NCBI GenBank assembly: GCA_002269645.1
Contig: NIVC01000260.1
Location: 588,461 to 652,460, forward strand
Direction of reading: 5' to 3'
DNA: 64,000 nt
Source: Macrostomum lignano
Taxonomy: Eukaryota
Part shown: one piece after another, positions 36,101-48,930 of the stretch
Layout: every line of letters starts with the position of its first letter
Numbering within the stretch: position 1 is the first letter of the stretch
Notes under the pieces: model-generated
Database searches by the model: none
What the model saw: the letters and a program-made list of their open reading frames with translations, nothing else
Told to the model about the DNA's origin: nothing
Program-made: the position numbers and the translations under genes

Positions 36101-38698
36101 CTTGACATGGCCGCACTTGTGCTCCGGCTCCTTTTGACCGGCTTTCAGGTCTTCGCAATACCCGCAATTGGGGCAGACACGGGTTGAGCTGCAGCGTGAC
36201 CGCCCCGCCCGGTTCTTTCGGCGGTGGTTGTCGAAGCACTGCTGATTGTAGCACTTGAGGCCACAATCAGCACAGCGTTTGTAGTCACGCTGCAGGCTCT
36301 TGCAGTCGGTGCCGGGCACTTTGCATTGAGGGCAGGTGTTGGCACACTTGTGCTCTCTAGACTTGCAGTCGTACGGCTGCTGGCACCGGTCACAATAGCG
36401 GCGGGCACCAAAAAATGGCGGCACCTTGCACACTGCGTTAAAGTGCTCGCCAATTAGGTGCAAATTCAGCACTTCGCGGCCGGGCAGGGCATACACACAT
36501 GTATTGCCCTCCTCAGCACTGTATACCCGGACGCCGAAACCCCGGCCGGGTGACTGGGCGTTCAGGGCCGCGAGCAGTTGGGGAAGCACATCAACCCCGA
36601 ATGGCCCGTCCTGTGCAATGGTTGATAAAGACTAAAACATTTGTATATTAATAAAAATGCAAATTAAAATGTGTAAGATTATTTTTTACTCACCGAATAC
36701 AATTTGGCGGCAATCTGAAGTTCCCCAGTCAGCTTCGTCTGCAGTGGGGAGTCGGCCTTGATGGTCTGCCAAGTTTGCTTAGTGATGGCTTTGGCCTGCA
36801 GATCGGCAAAGGCCTTGGCCACCACCAGCGCTCGAATTAGACAGCGCTTGTCGCTGTTGGCGATGATGACATAATTGCGTCCCCCAATTGAATGCCGGGC
36901 CTGGATGTGACGCTCCGCCGCATCTAGGCTGCCGCAGCCGCCCCGCGGGACCCAGGCCTTGAGCAAAAACAATTTAAAGTTGTTGCCCAAGACACTGGAG
37001 TCCGACTGCAGCACCTTGTTTATATGCTTGAAGACAAGCTCTGCAGTGAAGCGGCTGCGGCGGACGGGCGGGACATTGATGGCGAGCATCATATTGTCCG
37101 CCGTCAGCTTAGATGCGACGAAGTCGTCGACATTCAGGTCGGCGCAGAGGGTTGCTATTACTTTCTCGAATGTGGCTCTAATATCGGTGAGTGCTGTGAA
37201 TGAGACTTCATACTCGTAGCCCTTGGCTCTAAATTTAGGCAGGGCTTTCGCCCCGCCAAGACGCGCAATGAAGCCTGAAAAAATGGAGGGTTTGAAATTA
37301 GAATTGCGAGTGAATGACTCATGAAATAAAATCAACTCCTTACCCTCGCCTTCGACAGTGTCGGGCTGGGGCGGGGGTTGAAATTGAGCCAAATCTGCAA
37401 TAAAATGCGCATGGTGACTAAAATTCTGACCGCTTGGAATTTTACAACTGTCAAAAATTTTTGATTGATTGCCTGCAGCAGCAGCAATTTTATCGCCCCA
37501 CCCCAAGCAACAAAAATCGGTGAGTTGTAAAAACCCCAACTCGGCACGTTCCGACACGTAGCAACAAAAGAAATGTGGGGTTGATTGACCCCCGCTTCGA
37601 ATTTTAGGCTGTCAAAAATGTTTGATTGATGACCCTGATAACACAGATCCTGCTGCAGCAGCCATTGTAAAATTTAAGAAAACCCCTATCAGCACGTGCC
37701 TCCATTGTGCCTCCTTGACACCTAGCAACAATACCGCGCGGCCGCTTTTGGATTTTTAAAGCTGTCTGATTAATAACCCTCACTGTAGCAGCCATTGCTG
37801 CCAAAACCCCTACAATTGCAGCGGTGATTACATCATCATGTCCAAAAATCGGGGGTTGATTTTATCACTGCCGCCTGCCCGCCCCCCCGCTGAGTCACGC
37901 GCGCGCTGCAGGATTGCTGTTTTTGCTTCTCTAGTTCAAGGATTAGTCACATAACCCCTGAAATTTTATGACTATCCTCTACAGGCATTATCTAGCTATA
38001 CTGCTGCTGCTGATATTCTCTAAAACTCTGTTATTTCAACAGGCCTGAATTTGAGAAATCCAGTTTCCTCCTTTTACTTCAACATCTATGTCAAGAAGAA
38101 ATTCAGAAATTTTAACCCAAAATGGATGCTAAAGATGAAAAGCAGCTGTGGTTTCAAAGAAAGCCCATATTTCAACAAGCGAAAAGTTTGCAAATCACAC
38201 TAATGCTAAAGCTGAAAAGCGCAGTTATACAACCCTATTTTTCTAATTTTAGATTTTGCAAATGCTAAAGATGAAAATAATTGAGGCTAATGAATAAAAA
38301 GCAGTTTTTCAGAGAGTCCTATTATTTCAATAAGCTGAATTTACAGTTTGCAAAGCAACTCTGAATGCAAAGGGTGAAAAGCAGTTTTACAGTGGGGCCT
38401 CCTATTATTTCAATAAGCCTTATTTTGAGTTTGCGAAAGCCAAATGAATGCCAAAGATGAAAAAGCAGTTTTTACAGAGAACAGCCCTATTTTATTCAAT
38501 AATCCCGAATTTGGAGTTTCGTAAAAGACAAAGACGAAAAAGAAATTTTTACACAGACTTGCAATACTCACCTAGCGGGCGTCCTCTCTTTGTGGCCGGA
38601 GGCTGATGCTGTTGTTGCTGCTGCTGCTGTTGTGAGGGGCCTGCTCGCCCCCACAGGGCTGAAATGGCGGCTTCAGCGGCTGAACGCTTCGATGCCAT
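33197..38698 (-). CDS. Protein-primed family B DNA polymerase, 7 exons, ~1319 aa, one 1-nt frameshift near 34945
   Basis: Exons 38698-38572, 37394-37344, 37274-36694, 36631-34662, 34580-34030, 33954-33667, 33587-33197. All introns are GT-AG and phases are consistent. Motifs: Exo YDTETY, AHNASGYD, FKDSLNF, YCLSDT; Pol LYGGRVE, DVVSLYP, KIFLNSLWGKF, YCDTDSVVY, KR...PYGY. Confidence 0.9.
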
Positions 38699-38834
38699 TG
38701 TGATGCTGCTGATGCTGCTGATGCTGGTGTGATTGTGGCTGCTGCTGCTGCTGCTGTTGTTGCTGATGCTTCTGTTGTGGCTTCTGCTGCTGCTGGCTGC
38801 TTCTGCGGATGCGGCTGCAGCAGCTCTCACCCGT

Positions 38835-38842
38835 TTTATATA
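38835..38842 (-). promoter_or_regulatory. TATA box of the pPolB gene
   Basis: TATATAAA on the minus strand ~140 nt upstream of the ATG, followed by a CAG-rich leader. Confidence 0.55.
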
Positions 38843-41800
38843 CCCCGCAAGAGGGAGGGTGGGGTAGGGGCACGAGAATTGTGCGTGATTTTCTTTCCCG
38901 GGTCTATATTCTCCAGATTAGTGTACGATTGAACACTCGGTTCCACATTTGGTATAGAAAATTTGGGGGTCGAAAATAAAATACCCCACCAATTCTTTTC
39001 TCATGCGGTATTTTATTGGATCTGAGCGTAGCCAGCCAACCGGCACTCTCGCAGGAGTGAAAATTGCTACAGAGTACAGTCTCTCAAAGAAGAAGACCGC
39101 TTCCTCTTGCAGCATGTCTTTTCGACTTGAATCGGATAGAAAACGGTGTTTACCCAGAAAATAATTGGCAGAAGTTGACCAATAATAGCTGAATACAGAT
39201 GAAAAATATGAAAGATGACTTCTGTGTTTTTTAAGGCCCGCAGGTCTCTGCGAGAAAATGGTTGTTAAAAATCGCTGTATCAATTTAATAACCTGGGAGA
39301 AATGGGGTTTGTGTGCAAAGCATCTGATTAACAGAGGCTCGGGGAAGAGTAATAGTCGATGAAAAGCTCTTGCCATCATCTAAAATATCCATCAAAGAGT
39401 AATAAAGGTGACAGCCCCTGTCTCGAGCCAAATCAGACAGACAGAGTTTTCTACTTCTGTTTACGTAATGTTTAGGGATGGACCTGGGGTTATAGGGACA
39501 GAGAATCAGTTATGGAATTTACGCGGTAGTAAAGAATTGCCTTGGTGTGGCTGGGGTAGGTGTTGTTCTCTCCATATTGGCGAACATTAATTGTCCTGGG
39601 TTGAATTTTGAATATGGCTAGAATGTATAGCGGAGAATCGTTGAATTGAGTGATTCAACATGCAAAGTATTCAACAAAACCGATTCAGTGCATCAAAGAG
39701 GCTGTTGTGAGCTTCAGAACAGAGAATAACGTTTAAAATAGCATCAATGGCATGATTTAGTAATCGAAATCAATTGAATGCCGAAAACTTTAAGTTTAAT
39801 AGCAGACTGTGTTTTTAGCCCCAATTTTTACAGTGTCTATAGAATATTTCCCCAGCTTCTTGGGCAATATACATGCCTATTTGAATGACGAAACAGCATT
39901 TGTGATGCTTTATTAGCTAAAATTATTATTTGGGGTCAGTCAGTTATATTGAAAAAATGACAGATTTCGATTCATAAAGTAAGCATTTTAACGTTAAGAA
40001 TCGAAAAATGAGAAAACTCGTGTTTTTCATTAAAAAGTTTGCATTTCTATTTTTTTTACCATTCATCAACTATTTCTTGGGCTGGGCTGGCTTGTGGACT
40101 TCCGTGTGGGATTCATTCCTGCTTCGAAGCCGTCTCAAGTAAAGTTGAAACGGCATTTGGACAAATTAGCTGTTGAAATGATGGTTTCCAGTGATGAAAT
40201 TACTGATTTTGATCAACAAAGTCTAACTTGAAACGGTAAAATTAAAGAAACTGGAGAAAACTCGCCTTTTATGAAATGTGCTTTTTACGAGCTAGTAATT
40301 TAGCTTTTAATAAACTTGGACGGAATTCCAACTTGGAGAGGTCAGTGGGTGATTCATTCCTGCTTCGAGAGATCGAACTTTCATAGAGTCTGAAAGCTTG
40401 AAGTGAGAGGGCAGGGGAAGCGATAGAATTGACATAGCCGCACGTTTTTGGGCGGGTGGACTTCACTACTTCTAGTATACCGCATTGGTTATAGTGCCAA
40501 AGTATTTCTGTGACAAAACACATCTATAGAATTCAGTCTCGGAATTGTATGCAGAGGAGACACTGATTCATAGGCTGTGTACATTGACAGATGCAGCTGG
40601 GGTTTGTCAATGCAGGTGGAGGTTGACTCGGATTTGCCCAGATTCGTGGGGTTGATATGTGCATTAAAGTTAGTTTCTTGCTAACTGGGGGCGGCATGGA
40701 TGACGTAATTGGATAAGAGGGGTTTTGCTGAATGAGGTTTAATTTAAGGTCCGTGCTGTCAAAAGATCTGTTTGTACACTGAAATGGAGAGAGGGGTTGG
40801 AATTCCTTGGCATTTAGAAGGGTGACAGAGAGAACAGGGGCGAGTGGTTCAATTCGATTTGCTATAGGGGTCTGCACTGTGTCTGGTAAACATCGGAGGG
40901 GTGGCTGTTTTCGAACAGGGTTGAATTTTGAATATGGCCAGAGATAAAGGGTGATTCAACATGCAACATAATTAATTCCATAGTGTACACCAGCGTCAGT
41001 GGCACATTTTGCGGATTACAGCGCGACAAGGGGTCTTGTATCATCTGCACTATCAATAGATATATAAAACATTGCTTTCACAGTCTTGATTTAGAGGCCA
41101 ACTAAATAAATATATACGTATCAAAGCTCGGCCGGCTTTTTGTGTAAATATATATACGTCTTTTGACAACTTATTTGACTCGGGTAGAGGCATTGGGAAT
41201 GACGTAATTGTCTCGGAGTGGTGACGAGGGCTGAATTCTAGAGGTATGAAGTATAAAACAAGTGGAAATAACAGTGTGGACCGCGATTTTTGGCTGACTC
41301 ATGCCTCCTCTGCCAATTTTGGGGGATGGGCGGCGGTTTCTGCGTACACTGTTTGCTTTCTGTGGATCAGCAGATCATGAAGAGTTAATTCTTGGATGTG
41401 CGGCCACTTTGCAAATTTTGGGTATAATATCAATATGGGTGGGTGGGCGCTTCTGCATGCTGTTTCAACTATTGAAAACTCATTTGGTAATAGTAGATGA
41501 GATTGTACAGCGCGCGCGTACACCAATTCTCACCTCTGCGCACAACTGTACACACGTAGTAGGGTTTCGAGTTGTACATGTAGTCTTGGTGATTCATACG
41601 CAGAGCGCGCGGGCCGTCTGGGGATTAATGTATGACACTGTACATGTAGAAGTGGATTAATGCACATGTATGTACTGTGTACATATAGAATTGGGGATAG
41701 ACATGGACATTTGAGATAGATAGGGATTAATGTACATGGGATTAATTTACATATCCATTTTGAGATAGATAGGATTAATGTACATATGTGAGATTAATGT

Positions 41801-42620
41801 ACATATACGACTACATATACGCATATCACGCTTAGGATAGCGTTTTCATATACTACTTACTTCATTTTCAGATAGTAGTATAATTTGCGTTTTTTGCGTC
41901 AGAATTCTGAAAATCAACACTTAACGGCGCGATACGTAGTGCTAAGATACATATTTATAGAAAAAAACATTGGCTCCAGCTGAGAGGGACATAACCCCCT
42001 TGTCCTCCCCCTGGATTGGCCACTGGGTAGTAAGTCACGGGCCGGGCTAAAATATTCTATTTTGATGTGCTGGTTAGGCCGGAAAAATTGGAAGCATTTA
42101 GTTTTTATTATTATATTTTTCGACCTTTCTTACAAATATGTAACAAGAATAAAACAATTTTTATTTTATTACAGTTTCACAAAAGCTTAACAAAATCAAC
42201 TTTGTTAGGTTACAACAAAATAGTAAACATGCTTAGTTTAAACTTTAAGTCTGTCGTTTCGCGGAAATGTCGTTAAAAGTTTTTTTTGACAGCCTTACGT
42301 TCTAGCTCGCTTTAGTGTCATATGAGTGTAGTTTAGTGTTAAAAATTGTGCAACTTTTATTAGCTATTAGATTCAAAATGTTTTAAACCAGAATTACCTC
42401 TCTCAGGGTTTAAAGGGCTCCAATATACAAGAAGTTACAATGCCTCGTTTCCAAAAATTTGAATACTAACTAGATGCATTGTGTAGAATTTTAGGTGCAA
42501 TTGCACCTAAAATATTATCCTGGGTGCAAATTTAGTTTTTTGTACTGTAATTTGTAAAGCTTCAACCTATTTTTTTTAATTTGCAGCCTAAACTTGAATT
42601 CTATGCCTATTTATTTTTAA

Positions 42621-43039
42621 GGCGCATGACCAAGACCGCCACATACCAAGACCGCCACAGCTCTTACTGACTATTGGAATTGAGGGGAAGCTACCAATCT
42701 TTCAGCATTGCTATTGGTTATGATGAGTTGTGGAGTTAGATGAGGAGGAAGTGTCCTAAGATTGGTCACTAATAAGATGAATAAGTGGCCCAAAATGATT
42801 GCAAGTCAACCAGGGCAATTTTAACAATTTAAATTAAATGAAAAAAACAAGGAACCTGGCTCACCACCTACCTGGCCAGGCTGGCCTGCTCACCAGTTCC
42901 TCTCTCGTGGCCTTGTCTTGCTGGCTCTCCCCATCTCACCCCTCCTCAGCACCATCCAATAACATGGCAAGCCAAATTCCTCCCTCTTAGCTCCCCCAAG
43001 TGTGGCGGTCTTGGTGTGTGGCGGTCTTGGTCCTACACC
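42621..43039. mobile_element. MITE (419 bp), GG-initiated TIRs, 8-bp TSD
   Basis: TIR GGCGCATGACCAAGACCGCCAC / GTGGCGGTCTTGGTCCTACACC, with an internally duplicated CCAAGACCGCCACA. TSD ATTTTTAA at 42613-42620 and 43040-43047. Confidence 0.8.
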
Positions 43040-43819
43040 ATTTTTAAGCATTAGAACAGGGTAGAGACTAAAATTAAAAACATCCTAAGTTTTGCCAATC
43101 CCGGGATTCCTAGACTTAAAAAATCCTAGGATTCTTGAGATTGGGATATCCTAGACTTTGCCAATCTTGGGATCTCAACAAATTAGGCTAGGATTCTATG
43201 ATTAAAAAGTTTTAATCTTTTTTTAATGAAATTTCAATTTATGATATGAAGCTATCTAATCTGATTTTAAAGGGCTTTTAATTATAAAATTAAAGTAGGC
43301 CTAGAATAAAATACTTTGCTAACAAAAAGCTTTGAATTAGTGTGATATTTAGACTAATATAATAGATGTACTTTTTATATGCTAGGCCCTAGTCAGCTTA
43401 GGAAAATCATATTTTATTATAATGTAACCTAGAGAATAATACCTTACAGAGGCAGAGCTAAGGCCTATCTATAGCCTAAGGTACTGATAGGCCTATCCAG
43501 TGATACTTATCATACTAAGGTAATAGAGGATTAGACTTCTCCTTCCTAAGGGCATTGGCTGTTGGCTCTAGTCCTAGATAGAGAAATAAAAGCTTGGTTA
43601 GGTTATAGTCTAAGACTAATAGCAAGGTCCCACTGTTCTAACCCCAACTATACTCTATAGCCAAGGAGTTTTGAAGGTTAGGACTGCATAAAGTATATAT
43701 AGTTCTGCCATTACTCCTATGCTAGGCATCTAAAAGGTATCTTGATAGGCCTATTGAGTGTTGAGTTGATAATGAGTATTGAGAATAAGGTCTTTTATAT
43801 AGAAGGGCTTTTGATAATA

Positions 43820-44490
43820 ACAGTCTACTTCAGTAATAGCCATTTTGGTAACAGCCACTTTGGTAACAAGTGAGAATAATATAAATTATAATATGTATTA
43901 ATTGATATGCTCCGAAAGGATGTGCAAATAAGCTTTAAAGAAATAACAACAAAACACATATATATCTGCATGTTTTTAACTTGTTTTAAAGTGTTTTAAC
44001 TGATCTATTTTAATTTCTAGATGAGTCAGATTATGTGCACCCAAGACATCCTATAGGGGTCTAATTGACCAAATTTTATGACCATGTTGTGTACATTGGA
44101 ATCTCTGATCTAGTTAGCAAATAGTGACTTAAAATTATAGAATCTACTTTTTTCTTCATTAATTGTTTTAAAAAGTTTCAATTTCAATGAATGTATGGGA
44201 GCTATATAGCTTGCTTTGCTTAATTTTCTTTGCCTTTAAATGTTTCACAAAGTTACCACGCAAGTTTAAACAAAGTATAATACAGTGTAACTAGAAAGTT
44301 TAATGATACATACAATAAGACATTTAAAATGTTAATTATTAAACTAATTATTTCCAAACCTAATTGTCATAAAAATATAGTCTTAACAGTTGTAAATCTG
44401 CTTTGTTACCAAAGTGGCAATTACCAAAGTATTCATTTTTTGTTACCAAAGTGGCTGCTACTGAAATGGCTGTTACCAAAGTGGATTGTA
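43820..44490. mobile_element. Degenerate MITE with subterminal CCACTTTGGTAAC repeats
   Basis: cagccactttggtaac units at 43830-43870; inverted gttaccaaagtggc units at 44400-44485. Confidence 0.55.
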
Positions 44491-45844
44491 TTCCTTTTGA
44501 TCTATGCAAGGTCAAGACTCTTTGATTTTAGCTAGAGTAGGCCTAAAGATAGAGGGAGAATTCAAATAAACAATGATTTGACTCCTATCTAGCTAACAGC
44601 TTAGTTTTGTATCACTGCAGCTCTAGCCTTCTCATTAGCCTGCATATTTAATATCAATAAATCAAAGCAGGACAACTAGGTTATGATTTTTATTTGATAA
44701 GTAGCTCAGCTACAAACACTATTACTCAAGAATAAATGATTGAATTATTGAAAACTGGGATCAAACCCTATTTTCAAATCCTCAACAAGTATGATCCCAG
44801 GATTTAGAATCCTAAGCTTTAGGCATAATCAAATCCTGGGATTGTATTCCCTAGAATGGGGGGCCAAAGGGGCCATAGCCCTCACTTTTAAACTTTTAAA
44901 ATGCAATATATTATGGTATCCAGGTAGTTTTTCTATTAGGCCCTAATATTACCAATTTTTTTAATGCCAAAGCTAATGATACACATTTTGTCTATTATGG
45001 AGCCTCTTTGATTATGGTTAATTGTATTATATAATCAAAGTAATTAAGAAACTTTTAATAATTGCACTAGCAATTGTTTTAATTGGCTCATATTTAAGAA
45101 ACAGACATATTGTTTAGCATAGGCATATCTAAACACTGACATATCTAAACACTGAGCATATCTATCTACTATTTATACTTATGCATTTTTTGAATGCCTT
45201 AATAAGTTAACATTATTTTGACTTTAGCACTGTCTTCTATATAATAAATAATACTCAGCCTATTCAAAATAAAATATCTGTTTATTCTCATTGCCAATAT
45301 ACTCGTAGATAAAAATTCTTTCAATATTATAAATCATATGGTTAATATTAAGGTATATAAAGTGTTTGACTAACAATAGAAAAAACAATAAACAATTTTC
45401 TAGGCTACTACAAAGGCTAAAAGCTAAATACTTTATTTGCCTAAATGCTCTCTGTATTTTTCCTCTATGTAAGGACTTAAACTATCTCCCATGACTAAAG
45501 GTTCCAAAATCCTAAAATCCAAAGATTAAAATTACTTAAAACTCTCACTTTAAAGTTCTAGGCTTTTATTAGCTAAGATGACAGAAAAAAGTATGAAGTC
45601 ATCTATCCCATAAAGAAAATTATTATTAGTTTCTTGTCAACAGTTTTTATCAACTTGTACGAGTGTATTATAATTTAAATTGACTTTGAATTTATTGCAT
45701 GCTTTTATAAACTAAATCATGTAAGTATTTTAGCCAAATTTATCTAAAAGACAAATTTATAGTAGAATTCAGTTGTGTATCTTATCTAACTTATTGTTAT
45801 ACACAATTGTTTTCATATATAGTTGTCATTGAAATGAATACATT

Positions 45845-46290
45845 GACCTAAACCACTAAAATAACTAGATGGGCCACTCAGGCATATATACTTAGCAAAA
45901 CAGCTTTCTACTTTCAGTTCAGTAGCAAAGAAGAATACATAAGCTATTTTATAAAAATAAAGGCAGCTGAAATGACTTTGATAAGTTTAGAAGCCCAAGC
46001 TTGCAGGCGTAAACAGCTTGCTTATTGGTTCAGCAATAATGTACATTAGCCAGTCCACTGAAATGTACATGGCAGATTTTGGGTGGAATTCCAAGAAAGG
46101 CAATAAAAATTGGGGTGTGCAGGGGGGGTAGTGTAGAAAGGTGCAGTTGGAGGGTTTTTAAGCTGGGGGATAAGATCCAATAAATGCATTAAAATGCTTC
46201 AGTTTAACTTACTACTGAGCTGAAAGTAGCTTACATGCAAATGTGCTGAGTGGCCCATCTAGTTATTCTAGTATCTGTGGCTTCAACTAG
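45845..46290. repeat. Degenerate inverted-repeat pair (probable MITE)
   Basis: aataactagatgggccactcag...ctactttcagttcagtag at 45860-45925 versus its reverse complement at 46210-46270. Confidence 0.55.
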
Positions 46291-46706
46291 ACCAACCAAG
46301 TTCTATTGATTATAATTTTTGCAGCAAACTATAATGAATAAAATCTTTATGGAAATAAAATAAGGCTTCTAAGTAGAAGAAGGACAGCATCTTAATGCTG
46401 CCTAACTGATCCCAAAAAATTTGATCTCAACCAATCTCTAGTTCTATTGTAACTTTATTTACTTAGCTTTGACTGGTATAAAGTTGTGGTGTACTTCTGT
46501 ACAAAATCACAATCTTTTTAATTTCGATTTTTGGTTAGTCTCAATTGTGGTTGACTAATCAGCTAATGAATAATTCATTAGGTATTCTTTAATATTCTGT
46601 GCCATTTTTTCAACTAGCAAAGGTTTCCAGTCCAGGTGCTTGAAATCGCACTTATATAATATAGCAGTCCATGAACGGAACCCGACTTTACTGCTGAAGC
46701 CTGTCA

Positions 46707-48739
46707 ATGGAGGACTCGAACGATAGCGCCAGCAGCGAGGGCAGCAGCAATTCCTCGTCAAATGTTGGCCTCGTCATGCACGGAGCCGGAGGAGCCACCG
46801 GCTGTGCACCGGGTGGTCGTGGCGGCGGCGGCGGGCCTCGGGACCAGGAGACGCTGGACAAGGAGCGCTACGCTCGCGAGAGTCACTGCGAGATCGAGCG
46901 CCGCAGGCGCAACAAAATGTCGGCGTACATTGGCGAACTGTGCGACATGGTGCCCAGTTGCGCGAACTTGGCGCGCAAGCCGGACAAGCTGACCATTCTG
47001 CGCATGGCTGTGGCGCATATGCGCGGCCTGCGGGGCACCGGCAACACTGGAGTGGACGGCACCTATAAGCCGTCATTTCTAAGCGATTTGGAATTGAAGC
47101 ATCTTGTGTTGGAAGCCGCAGACGGGTTCCTGTTCGTGTGCCAGTGCGACACGGGCAGGCTGGTCTACGTCAGCGACTCCGTTAGTCTCGTGCTCGGCCT
47201 CAGCCAGGCTGAATGCTATCAGCGACCGCTGTACGACCTGCTGCACCCGGACGACAGGGAGAAAGTTCGTGACCAGCTGGCCTCGGCTGATCCGGCCGCT
47301 GCTAGGGTGCTGGATCTGAAAACTGGCACGGTGAAGAAGGATGGCTACCATGGTGAGGGCTGTTGGAAGTGCAGATTTTTTAATTTCGATACATATCGGT
47401 AGCTTTGTTATTCCATAAAAATCGATACATATCGGCAAACATATTATTTTATAAAAATCGATACATATCGGTAAATATAATATTTTATAAAAATCTATAC
47501 ATATCGGTAAATCTATTATTTTATAAAAATCAATACATACCGGTAGTTTTATTATTCCATAAAAATCGATACATAATCAGTTAGCTTTTTTATTCCATAA
47601 AGTTGTTTTCGATACATATCGGTAGTTCCTTATGTGATGTGTATCAAACGTAATTTTACGGAATTGGTTAGTTTTTTGTTTTTAGTCCACTGTATTAAAA
47701 GTCATACGGTATGGAGAGCAAAATTACTTAGTTATGATAAATGTAAATTTCTATACATATCGGCAAATGCTCACGATTTTAGCCCACATGCGCAGCACTA
47801 TGGGCGCCAGGCGCTCATTTATGTGCCGGATGCGAATTTGCCCGCCGGATGCGCAACATCCGCAGCAGCCGCCTCATCAGCGCCAGCGCCAGCGGACTAT
47901 GCTGGCCCCATCAGCTGACGGTCAGCAATACGTGATCGCCCACGTGTCCGGCTATTTGAAACAGTGGCCAGCCTCTCAGCAGCATCATCATCAGCAATCG
48001 GACGATATTGTCGGAGACGCTTCCGGCGCGTCGGTGCCGCACTGCCTGGTGGCTCTGGCCAGGCTGCAGCCGACCGCGCTGCCTCCGGATCTGCCGCATC
48101 AGCAGCCGCAGTCGCAGCAGCAGCAGCAACAGCAGCAGCTCATGCTCATGATGGGCGCTCTCGGCCAGTCTCAGTCCGAGTTCGTTCTGCGAATCGGCCC
48201 GCCCGCTGGCCAGCCTGCTGAGGGCGCCGATAGCGGCGAAGGTCCCGATCCCACCGTGGTGACGTTCTGCGATCAGCGCGTCACAGCTGTTCTCGGCCAC
48301 CGGCCGGCGGATCTGGTTGGCCGGCCACTGTCCGAGCTGGCCGCTCCCGGGGACCGGGCCAGGCTCCGGGCGGCCGCTGTGGCTGCTGCAGCCAGCCGAG
48401 GGCAGGTGAGGCATCTGCGTTTGTTGCTACTCTTCCTAGCTGATGGCGCCAGCATCCGATAAGTTAAGCAGAGCTGGCAGCGGTTAGTGCAGGCACGCAC
48501 TCATACACGCTCACACAGGGTGTACAGCGGCCCTGACTGTCTAATCGTCAGGCATGTGCACTCTCTGTGCCTTTGCTGGTCGGCCCTCTTGGTTGTGAAT
48601 CCCGGCACAGCCCCTGATGAATGCGGCCGCGCACAGGCAGCCATTGTGAGCGAGTAGCAAATGTTAGCTCAACTCTGTAGTAGAGCTGTGCCGGGATGTA
48701 AATATGCAGGCAGACAGACACGCAGACAGACAGACACGC

Positions 48740-48776
<37 letters not shown>

Positions 48777-48833
48777 CACAGACAGACAGACACACAGACA
48801 GACAGACACACAGACAGACAGACAGACAGACAC

Positions 48834-48864
<31 letters not shown>

Positions 48865-48899
48865 CAGACAGACAGACAGACACACAGACAGACAGACAC

Positions 48900-48930
<31 letters not shown>

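Larger units (their letters stand above)
32426..41940. mobile_element. Polinton/Maverick-like element (9515 bp) encoding only a recognisable pPolB
   Basis: TIRs start ACTACGTATCGCGCCGTTAAGTG; near-identical for ~280 bp, with degenerate similarity to ~32815 and ~41478. 6-bp TSD GCTAAG (32420-32425 and 41941-41946). Confidence 0.9.
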
